DNA of 32,000 bases from a cyanobacterium endosymbiont of Epithemia turgida isolate EtSB Lake Yunoko (GTDB taxonomy: Bacteria; Cyanobacteriota; Cyanobacteriia; Cyanobacteriales; Microcystaceae), in NCBI RefSeq assembly GCF_000829235.1, contig NZ_AP012549.1:1140001-1172000 (forward strand), read 5' to 3'. Both the position numbers and the translations under genes were made by a program. The notes below the pieces were generated by a model, which saw only the letters and a list, made by a program, of their open reading frames with translations, did no database searches and was not told the DNA's origin. Below, one piece after another: positions 21,146 through 29,759 of the stretch (positions within the stretch are counted from its first letter, which is position 1; every line of letters begins with the position of its first letter).

Positions 21146-21205
21146 TCTGTTGAAGTAGAGGGAAGCACTGGTTATTTGCGTGCTTCCCTCTACTTCAACA
21201 GATTA
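21143..21205 (+). terminator. perfect 26-bp hairpin beginning at the BI-1 stop codon
   Basis: TAATCTGTTGAAGTAGAGGGAAGCAC (21143-21168; the TAA stop is its first 3 nt), loop TGGTTATTTGC, then GTGCTTCCCTCTACTTCAACAGATTA (21180-21205). It is GC-richer than its surroundings. A T-rich run follows only about 8 nt later. Confidence 0.55.
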
Positions 21206-21297
21206 AAGCAGCTCTTTTTCTTCTCAATAACTATTTTTAGGAAAATGGTCTATTTTGAGGTCAAGGATTATAACTATTATTGTTTAGTAAGCAATCT

Positions 21298-21480
21298 ATG
21301 GCAGACTCCCAATTCCAACTAATCAAAACCCCTAAACTTAGAGAACCGAAGTTTTACTTTAGTGAATATGTAAAACACTTCAATGTCCATAGGTACGTAT
21401 CCGCCATAACTAGGATTTGTTCTGAGCCTATTCATTGAATATCTGACTGGTCGGGGCTTATTAAGTTAGCTGGGTTTACA
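21298..21480 (+). pseudogene. high-light-inducible protein (HLIP/Scp, CAB-like) pseudogene
   Basis: MADSQFQLIKTPKLREPKFYFSEYVKHFNVHRYVSAITRICSEPIH*ISDWSGLIKLAGF aligns with the HLIP pattern KFGF..YAE.WNGRLAMIGF...L..E..TGQG.L..LG. The chlorophyll-binding E..NGR motif is destroyed, and there is an in-frame TGA at 21436-21438. Confidence 0.62.
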
Positions 21481-21650
21481 GTGAATAACCGTGCCGGAAA
21501 AAAGAAAGTCATAAACTCTTTTCCTATTCGTCAAGTCTATGCCATGATTAGTCTAAGAAATTTCTCCGAGACCTGTTCAGTTTTGGGATAGCTTGAGATA
21601 AGCTGAAACAAGAATAGTTAATTAGAACAGCACAATATCAGTACATCATA

Positions 21651-21935
21651 ATGAATGTTTTTTTTCCTCGTTTTCTCAAAAAAACTTACCGTAAAGATCC
21701 AATTTCTAGCTTCATCTTAGTGGTAGGAGCAGTTGATTCGGTCATCGGGGGTGTATGGGAGAAATCGACTTTACTGTCCTCTGGACTAGTGGTGATTTTA
21801 CTCTCTGTAATCCTACGCTACTGGAAAACTCAAAAAGCCCAACATTTAGTGACCAAAGATCCCCCTAGACGATACCTTCTTCTGAGCCCTATGCGATCAC
21901 CTTTACCAAGATTAACTAATGATAAGTCTCGTTGA
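21651..21935 (+). CDS. hypothetical membrane protein (94 aa)
   Basis: ATG start, two hydrophobic segments and a basic C-terminal tail. No recognised family; it looks intact in an otherwise decaying neighbourhood. Confidence 0.4.
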   Translation: MNVFFPRFLKKTYRKDPISSFILVVGAVDSVIGGVWEKSTLLSSGLVVILLSVILRYWKTQKAQHLVTKDPPRRYLLLSPMRSPLPRLTNDKSR

Positions 21936-22057
21936 TAAAAACGATAACTATTAAAGCTTTGGGTTAAACATCTTTATGACTGTCGAGAAATAATCTAAAA
22001 ATTCTCTCCACATTACAGTATAAGATGGACAACTACTTAGTTCTTAAATTGTGATTA

Positions 22058-22339
22058 ATGTCTCAAGATCAACAACATCCCCAAGAAAAAAAAGATCAAG
22101 AAGTGGTTAATACCCTTCTCCAAGAAGAGGCTAATCCTTATAATTTAGCAGAATTAGCTCGGTTGCGTATCCGCTACCATAACTTTCCAGGGGCTAGGCG
22201 GATCCAAAATGATCTAAACTTACTATTGCAAAAATGGGAACTGACCGAAGAACAACTGTTCAAACAAACCCGTCAACTCCACGAAACTCGTCAAGTTTAT
22301 CAACTTATTAAGGGCAAAAGTGCTCAGGATTGGAGTTGA
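22058..22339 (+). CDS. DUF3288 family protein
   Basis: 93 aa. QQHPQEKKDQ..YNLAELARLRIRYHNFPGARRIQNDLNLLLQKWELTEEQLF matches my recollection of the cyanobacteria-specific DUF3288 family. Confidence 0.72.
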   Translation: MSQDQQHPQEKKDQEVVNTLLQEEANPYNLAELARLRIRYHNFPGARRIQNDLNLLLQKWELTEEQLFKQTRQLHETRQVYQLIKGKSAQDWS

Positions 22340-22514
22340 AAGGAGGGATGGAGTTGGTGAGTACAGCTAGTTGCTTAGCATTCACCATAGCTTAAATGGG
22401 TATACAATAGAAAAATAGTTAAAGAAGAGGGAGCTCTAAGCAGCAATCTGCCTAAAAGTTCAGCTGGCAGAATTATAACAACGAGGCCTAACCCTTTTCC
22501 ACATAAATAATCGT

Positions 22515-22983
22515 TCAATGAGGAGGATTACTGGAGATAATATTTTTGTGGTCAAATCTTACTTCTATCATGGTTAATTCTGCATCAAAGATATGAGAAT
22601 CCTTACTCCAAGGTTCTCTGCTTTTCATAGGAACAAATAGTGTAGGGGATAAATTTTGAATCACAAGAGAAGCAAGATTATTGTCCACAATGTCTAATAC
22701 TACTTTTGGCAAGAGGATTTGTAAAATTTTAGTAGAAATGGCTTTGGTTGCCATTCTTGTGAATTCATGCAGAACAAATTGCAATGTAACTCTCTTAAAA
22801 TAACTGCCAGAAAAATCTGTTTTTTCAGTTATACCATATACCCATTGGGTGGGTAATTTCTTGATAAGCAATTTGAAGCCATTTTGGGAGTTAAAGTCTT
22901 TCCCTTCCAAAATACTAAGGAGATAAATATTGTAGCAAAGTTCACTTAAAAGACTGCTTACCAAAATAAATTCCCCTCATCAT
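22515..22983 (-). pseudogene. probable CpcT/CpeT-type phycobilin lyase relic
   Basis: Weak but colinear blocks against recalled CpcT: LEGKDFNSQNGF (GDFSNQKQAF), IKKLPTQW (MRPLP), YFKRVTLQF (PYRLRVFQV), LDIVDNN (MIVDWTG) and HIFDAELTMIEVRFD (YLDSEFEI..E.FISLD). The open frame is 149 aa against about 195 aa for the family, has only a TTG start, and the upstream ATG-ATG at 22983 is out of frame. Confidence 0.42.
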
Positions 22984-23852
22984 AAGGATGAAAAGAAACT
23001 CAATAATGATCAAGATAGGTAATGCTAGAATTAGCAATTCATTTTAATAAGCTTTGCTTAAATTATTTGTAATGGAGTCAGAAAAATAATATGATACTGA
23101 GTCATTTTTTGAAATTTTAAGATCGTAATATAGATATAATTTGGCTAGATTTTATCTTAAATCATTTTTCAAAAATTTTTGACTAAAATTACGTTATTAT
23201 ATTATTTATACTAACATTTTATAAAAACTGAAAAATATTAGTATTTTAAAATTTAACTTTTAGTTCACAAACTAGCATCAAGTGATTTTTGAAGATAGCT
23301 GTTATAATTAATCCTTGTTAAATCTATCATTTCTATGAAAATTTGACGATTAATAAAATTACTATAAGTTACAGTTAATTCTTGACCTTGTGAGGTTAAA
23401 GTATCCACACTCACTAACCCTAATAACCTAATAGTTGTGGCTGTTGGTATAAAAGGTGAAATTTTAAAACCTGAACTCAATAAAACTTGATAAAATCATA
23501 ACCGAAACAGTGAGTACTATTAAATTTTATGAGGTTTGCTTTATAATTTTAAATTAGTTAATAGTAGCCTTGATTGAGTTATCTAATAACTATAACTGAT
23601 TTTGTGTGTGGATCAAATAGAAGACACTGAAAATACACCATAATTCAGTGAATTCTAAATATCGTGGATATACAACCAACAACAAATCAGCATTTCTAAG
23701 ATTGCTGATGAGCAGTAGTAAATGTTCGGTTTTCTAACAAAAAAGTTTACTTTAAGTGCTGCAGCAAGATATCAACAGTATGTCAATGACAATTGGAAAA
23801 AGTTCTGTGTAGCTCTTTAATACTATTCTAGTCTGAACTCTAATATTGTTAA

Positions 23853-23874
23853 GTCTAGTCTATATAGACTAGAC
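23853..23874. repeat. perfect 22-nt palindrome
   Basis: GTCTAGTCTATATAGACTAGAC equals its own reverse complement. Confidence 0.95.
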
Positions 23875-23879
23875 AATAA

Positions 23880-23909
23880 AAATTATTTCATCGAAAGATG
23901 AAATAATTT
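23880..23909. repeat. perfect 13-bp hairpin with a GAAA loop
   Basis: AAATTATTTCATC (23880-23892), loop GAAA, then GATGAAATAATTT (23897-23909). Confidence 0.9.
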
Positions 23910-24024
23910 AGTTCATTTTTTTATAAAAGTATTTAAATAGTAGTTAAGTAGATAACCTATATTATAGGATGTTCAAAATACTAATAATTAGTAATTGTAA
24001 TATTTTTATCATTGGAAATAGGTT

Positions 24025-24056
24025 GTTAACACAAAATTTTGTGTTAACGATTTTTT
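24025..24056 (+). terminator. orphan intrinsic-terminator-like element: 24-nt perfect palindrome followed by a T6 run
   Basis: GTTAACACAAAATTTTGTGTTAAC (24025-24048) is followed by GATTTTTT. No intact upstream plus-strand gene remains for it to terminate. Confidence 0.5.
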
Positions 24057-24725
24057 ATGGAAAAAAGTCTATTATAGTTAACAACTATAATCATTATTCA
24101 ATGTTTCATTGACATTATAATTTATGCTTTCTTTCTCCCTGTTAGAAATGAATCATCATCGTTACCAATTAGGAAAATATACTGATGCCCTAATAGGTTC
24201 AGATCAGATTGTCGTCTGTAATAGAGATTTAGAAGATATTGCTATTAACTTTGTAATCGCCATTGAATAATAGATCGGCTATAGAGACCAGCTAAATGAC
24301 ATCGGGTAGAAATTCGCCAATAAACAATATAACAAGAACTGTCTCAAGAATATTTAATTTTCTTTATTCGTGCTTTAACTCGATAATTATACAAAAACTT
24401 GCAAGTCAAAGAAAAAAGTAACGAAAGACCTTTGGGCGTCTTACCTTGTTTCGACTCCAAAGGTCTTTACGTATTACTTTTACTCCTCACACATAACAAG
24501 AGAATATCAAACTCAACAATAATACGTAAGTAAATATATGACAGTTTATTGATTGTCACAATAAAAACCAGCTCAGAGGGCTGAGTCTAGATTACTAATA
24601 ATCAATTTCACAAGAAATATCGGATGAGCATAGAAATTATCGAGGTGTTCTTATTTCTGTTTAGTTTGAAGATAGTTAATACGTAAAAAAGCACGCCATT
24701 ATCCTCAGGCTTATTTACGACTTAA

Positions 24726-25622
24726 ATGAGTAAAGAAAAATTTTGTATTGATTATGTCAGGATATCTAACTATGATTGTAGGATATCCATGAGTTATGAA
24801 TATAGAAATTGGGAAAGATTGAATATAGTTACTCACAACTCAAGTATAACTAAAAAATCACTACCCAAACCTCTTTATTGGTTAGTAACATTGGCTGCTG
24901 CCCTAGTAAATCTTCATCTAACCCTACTTTATCAATTTAATAAACTAAATTTCATGAGTTTAAGCATCTTAGTATGGTTGACTATTATTTTCCTAATCTG
25001 GGATAAGAAAGAGCGATTTAAGTTAGACAGTGAAATATTTTTAGCTTTTTTAGGATAAATTTTAATTATTGATATTTATCCTAAAGAGTATTTTTTCTAC
25101 CCTTAATATCTGGATTTGAATTAGTTTGACTGGTATCAGTAATCAAGGAATTCAATCAAGACTTAAAAGAGTTATTGATTCTTCTTTTATTAACTTTTTT
25201 TCTCCTGTCACATCAGTTTTAAATATGATTAATTTACTACTATTAACGGCTCTTATAATATTTTTATGCTGCCAATAGGCTTTAATTCTTATCGAAAAGA
25301 ATTTTTTATTAAACTACCAATAGGTAAAGTGTAAGTCTATGGAGCCTGTTCTGGTATTGAGAGTATTATGCTGATGTTTCTGTTTCTATTTTCTTCTTAC
25401 TGTAAATCGGACTCAGCAAATTGTCTATGTGATCAAGGCAGTATTATTAGGTTCTGTAACCAATGCTGTTAGAAGAGTTTCTATGATAACAGTTTTAGTT
25501 GCGTTTCCCGACGGGGAAGCTTTTAATACTTGCATAAAGATACTGAAAGTCTTTTATTTTCTTTGGCATCAGTATTAATATTTGGTATATTTTATTGGTT
25601 ATTGATTTTATGTGCGGGTTAA
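24726..25622 (+). pseudogene. exosortase-family (cyanoexosortase-like) pseudogene
   Basis: N-terminal TM region LYWLVTLAAALVNLHLTLLYQ..MSLSILVWLTIIFLIWDKKERFKLDSEIFLAFLG. Downstream, in shifted frames, lie the catalytic-Cys block VYGACSGIESIMLMFLF, then AVLLGSVTNAVRRVSMITVLVAFPDGEAF, then SLLFSLASVLIFGIFYWLLILCAG*. At least 2 frameshifts and several stops are present. Confidence 0.66.
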
Positions 25623-26400
25623 AAACTTGAATTTTTATGGCATTTTATTTGAAAACTTACTTTATAATCACCTTGGATAAATAACAGTTAGTGGCAGAAA
25701 TATTTCAAAAAAAATAAAAAAATTACCAATATAAACATAGTCTAACCTAGACAATTATAGGGATAAAAGCCAGTTATCGTAAATATGATTAGGCAAACAT
25801 TAATTGTCTAGGTTTTTCAAAAAGTCCCATTCCATAAATAACTGTAGTAATAAAGATTTAAAAAAAATATTGGATTATATGAAATATTTAAATATGATAA
25901 TAAAGCTTACTTAAGTAGTTATATTAATCGAACTAAAAAAAGTAATTTACCTTATGCACAACATACTCAAAATAAGTATAAATATAGTTGGAACGTATAA
26001 CGAACCTGATTTTTGTTTATTGGTTATAAAAATTTATTTGGGACAGCTTGTTTGTGGACTTTGATTTCAAGTTCTGTGGCTTCTAATTTAGACTCTACCG
26101 CTTTAGCAAAGACCTATCAAAACCTAGAAACAGTTTCGGTTGAATGGTCTATTTAGTATAGACCTAAATTAGCTCTAATAAGCCTAAAATAGTAAAAATT
26201 AGCTTAATTCTAATAAAAATTAATTTGATAGTAAATTTATATTAGAATAATAAGTGAACTGTTAGAATTTTAAACAATTCCTGAATGAGACTGCAAAAAA
26301 GTTAATATTAGTGATCTTACACGACCAGGTTCGATAAAATCTTAAAATTAGAGACAAAAGAACTACAATAGAGAATATTTACTTAAGATTGTGTCGAAAT

Positions 26401-27514
26401 ATGGAAACAGCAGAATTAAAACGCGAAATTCAAGGGGTTAGCACGCGCCTGAGGAAAACTCAGGAATATCTTTGACTTACCTGCCCTGAAAGCCAATATT
26501 CAAGACTTGGAAACCTTAGCTGCTCAACCTGAATTTTGGGATAATCCTGAGATAGCCCAAATCACCTTACAAAGACTCAACGATTCCAAATCTAGTGTTG
26601 AGCAGTATCAACATTGGTTAGGTCAGCTAGAAGATACAAAAGTAATCGCTGAATTACTAGAATTAGAAGAAGATGGGAGTTTATCTAAAGAAGCGGAGAC
26701 AACCATTAACCAACTTAACCATGAACTTGACCTCTGGGAGTTACAACAGTTATTGTCAGGTATTTATGATACTAAAGGAGCTTTCCTGACCATAAATGCA
26801 GGAGCTGGGGGAACCGATGCCCAAGACTGGGCGCAAATGTTGTTACGGATGTATACTCGTTGGGGAGAAAAACACGATTATAAAATACATCTGGCTGAAC
26901 TTTCTGAAGGAGATGAAGCCGGAATCAAGTCAGCGACTCTAGAGATAGAAGGGCGCTATGCTTTTGGCTATCTCAAAGGAGAAAAAGGAACTCATCGATT
27001 AGTGAGAATTTCTCCTTTTAATGCCAATGGAAAACGGCAAACCAGTTTTGCGGGAGTGGAAGTTATGCCAGCGTTAGAAAAAAAAGATATTACTATTGAT
27101 ATCCCCGAAAAAGATTTAGAAATTACTACCACTCGTTCTGGCGGGAAAGGTGGGCAAAATGTTAACAAGGTAGAAACAGCGGTTCGTGTCGTTCACCTAC
27201 CCACTGGGATTGCAGTTCGTTGTACACAAGAACGTTCCCAACTCCAGAATAAAGAAAAAGCCCTCGCTCTGCTTAAAGCAAAATTATTGATCATTGCCCA
27301 AGAACAACGTGCTCAAGAAATTGCTGAAATTCGGGGAGATATCGTAGAAGCAGCTTGGGGCAATCAAATTCGCAATTATGTCTTTCATCCCTATCAAATG
27401 ATTAAAGATGTGAGGACAAATGAAGAAACAACGGATATCAGTGGAGTTATGGATGGCAATCTCGATACTTTTATTGAAAGCTATCTGCGCCACGGGGGTC
27501 GTGGCGAGGATTAA
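26401..27514 (+). CDS. prfB: peptide chain release factor 2, expressed by a programmed +1 frameshift (26401-26472 joined to 26474-27514)
   Basis: Frame 0 is [24 protein letters not shown] followed by TGA (26473-75). The +1 frame continues [24 protein letters not shown]. Downstream are the RF2-specific SPF motif ([15 protein letters not shown]) and the GGQ motif ([16 protein letters not shown]). Confidence 0.93.
26461..26476 (+). promoter_or_regulatory. RF2 autoregulatory +1 frameshift site
   Basis: CAGGAATAT CTT TGA C: the canonical CUU UGA C slippery/stop context, with an SD-like AGGA 3 nt upstream of the CUU codon, as in E. coli prfB (AGGGGGTAT CTT TGA C). Confidence 0.88.
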
Positions 27515-27850
27515 TTGATGCTTATACTACCCATTCATCAGAACAATCTTTACCACTTTGGCTTGATATATACCCCCAAATGTAGAAAATTTCTCTTTGA
27601 TAGCAATCTACTTTTCCTAAGCAACTATAGTAATGGTTAAACCGTCGTTAATCCTAGCATAGCTAGCAGCGGAAGAAAAAAACCATAAGTTCCCTAATCA
27701 CCATTCCCATAGAGGTTTTAGTAAACTAAAAACGTAAAAAAAAATACTGAGATTGAAACTAATTAAGCAAAGAAGATAGTAGGAAACGTTTTAAAAAAAT
27801 TCGCCCATGGGTTAGCCTAGCCAGTGTACAACAATTCTATCATTTACTCT

Positions 27851-29125
27851 ATGGCAAAAAACTTATTTGAGCGTCAAGCTAACCAGTTAGTTAACTTTAG
27901 CCGTCTGTGGGGTTATCAGGCATGGTTAGTCTTTCTGGTCATCTTTAGCCTTTGTGTTACCCTAATAATCTTTACAATTCAATCTCCAGTTCAATCTCGT
28001 AATCAACCCTCAGAAATTCGGGGAGTGTGGCTAACGAATATTGATAGTGATGTACTTTTTAGTAAAAAAAACCTGTCCGAAGCAATTGATACCCTCAACC
28101 AATTGAATTTTAATACCCTCTATCCCACCGTCTGGAATTGGGGTCATACCCTTTACCCATCTGAAGTTGCTCAACCTATTACCGGGACTAAACTAGACCC
28201 CACAGAAAGGCTACAGGGACGAGATATTTTGCAAGAAATTGTTAATCAGGGACATCAGGCAAATATGGCAGTTATTCCTTGGTTTGAATTTGGGTTTATG
28301 GCCCCTGCTGACTCCCAACTTGCTCAAAACCATCCTCAATGGTTAACTCAACGAAAAAACGGTGATAGAATTTGGTTGGAAGGAAAAGTACATAAACGTG
28401 TTTGGCTAAATCCTTTACATCCAGAAGTTCAAACTTTTATTACTAATTTAGTCACTGAAATTGTGAGTAAGTATGAAGTAGATGGAATTCAATTTGATGA
28501 CCATTTTGGCATCCCTTTTGATTTTGGTTATGATGATGTTACCGTCACACTTTATCAACAAGAACATCAAGGTAAATTACCTCCAACCCCCCCCATAAAT
28601 TTGAAGACAACCAATAATTGTACAATCAATGATCAAGTTTGGCAGGAATGGACAAGATGGCGGGCAGAAAAAATTACAAGTTATATGACCGAGCTATTTA
28701 AAACTATTAAAGCCACCAATCCTAGTGTTATTGTTTCTTTATCTCCTAACCCTCAACCCTTCTCAGCTAACTGTTATTTACTAGACTGGCATCAATGGGA
28801 ACAACGAGGATTAATAGAAGAATTGGTCTTGCAAGTTTATCGTCCCAATCTCCAAGATCTTCAACGAGAATTGAGAAGCCCTGAGGTTCAACAAGCTAAA
28901 CAACATATTCCTTTTGTAATCGGAGTTCTTTCTGGTTTAAAAGATCGTCCAGTTCCCATAAAGCGAATAATCAAACAGGTAGAAACCATTCGTCAAAAAC
29001 AATTTTCTGGAATTTCCTTTTTCTTTTATGAGAGCTTATGGAATCTTGGCACAGAATCCGCAAAAAAGCGACAATCAAGTTATCAAAAGTTGTTTCCAAC
29101 TAAAGTAAATAGGCCAGAAGCTTAA
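27851..29125 (+). CDS. glycoside hydrolase-like family 10 (GHL10/DUF187, YngK-like) protein with an N-terminal membrane anchor
   Basis: IRGVWLTNIDSDVLFS..LNFNTLYPTVWNWGHTLYPS..VIPWFEFGF..WLNPLHPEVQ..VDGIQFDDHFG matches the family pattern. I prefer the ATG at 27851 over the GTG at 27824. Confidence 0.8.
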   Translation: MAKNLFERQANQLVNFSRLWGYQAWLVFLVIFSLCVTLIIFTIQSPVQSRNQPSEIRGVWLTNIDSDVLFSKKNLSEAIDTLNQLNFNTLYPTVWNWGHTLYPSEVAQPITGTKLDPTERLQGRDILQEIVNQGHQANMAVIPWFEFGFMAPADSQLAQNHPQWLTQRKNGDRIWLEGKVHKRVWLNPLHPEVQTFITNLVTEIVSKYEVDGIQFDDHFGIPFDFGYDDVTVTLYQQEHQGKLPPTPPINLKTTNNCTINDQVWQEWTRWRAEKITSYMTELFKTIKATNPSVIVSLSPNPQPFSANCYLLDWHQWEQRGLIEELVLQVYRPNLQDLQRELRSPEVQQAKQHIPFVIGVLSGLKDRPVPIKRIIKQVETIRQKQFSGISFFFYESLWNLGTESAKKRQSSYQKLFPTKVNRPEA

Positions 29126-29280
29126 GGGGATGATTTTGGGAGTACTGTGCGAAGTCCCACTAACTGGCATATCTATGACTCAATCTTTTGTTATGACCTA
29201 AAATAGAGACATTTTCAGAAGATTTTTGGTAGGATCAAAGACTACAAGAAAGTTAACACCAAAAGACAAGGAGATTTTCT

Positions 29281-29517
29281 ATGGCCCGTAAATGTCAATT
29301 AACTGGAAAGCAAGCGAATAACGCCTTTGCTGTTTCCCATTCCCACCGTCGGACTAAAAAATTACAAGAAGTCAACTTACAATGGAAACGAGTTTGGTGG
29401 AATGAGGGCAACCGTTGGGTTAGATTGCGTTTGTCCACAAAAGCCATTAAAACTCTAGAAAAGAAAGGGTTACAAGCGATAGCTAAAGAAGCGGGGATTA
29501 ACTTAAATAAATTTTAA
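29281..29517 (+). CDS. rpmB: 50S ribosomal protein L28
   Basis: 78 aa. [34 protein letters not shown] is the canonical L28 N-terminus. Confidence 0.95.
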   Translation: MARKCQLTGKQANNAFAVSHSHRRTKKLQEVNLQWKRVWWNEGNRWVRLRLSTKAIKTLEKKGLQAIAKEAGINLNKF

Positions 29518-29661
29518 TTTTGCAAGCTATAGAGGAAAGTTTTGAGAAAATAGAGAGGGTGGGGAGAAGTAAATTTGGTTAATAGCATGAGTAGTAATGG
29601 ATTATTTCGTATTAAATCTAGTCTTTGTCCCTTATTCTTGATAAGACATGGGGAACTAATC

Positions 29662-29759
29662 ATGACTCAAGCTTTAATTCCCGTCATCCTCGCTGGTAGT
29701 AAACCCAATTATGACTCAAGCTTTAATTTCTGTAATCCTTGCTGGTGGAAAAGGCGGAC
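29662..29759 (+). repeat. 49-bp-period tandem duplication of the guanylyltransferase start region
   Basis: Copy 1 (29662-29710) and copy 2 (29711-29759) both begin ATGACTCAAGCTTTAATT. 36 of the first 42 positions are identical, counted by hand. Confidence 0.9.

Noticed and set aside
23265-23480. 71-aa minus-strand ORF (MSSGFKISPFIPTATTIRLLGLVSVDTL...).
   Set aside because: It has only a TTG start, no recognisable family and sits in a decayed interval. It is probably a gene fragment, but I cannot name it, so I did not report it as a feature.
15834-24048. A shared GTGTTAA/TTAACAC half-site in the palindromes at 15834 and 24025, and elsewhere (about 1892, 2713, 29263 and 31211), considered as a regulon motif.
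   Set aside because: A rough expectation for this AT-rich heptamer on both strands of 32 kb is about 7, which is about what I see. There is no evidence of enrichment.
26328-26335. GGTTCGAT T-loop-like motif suggesting a tRNA upstream of prfB.
   Set aside because: The flanking bases cannot form a T-stem, acceptor stem or anticodon arm. I found no tRNA cloverleaf anywhere in the window.
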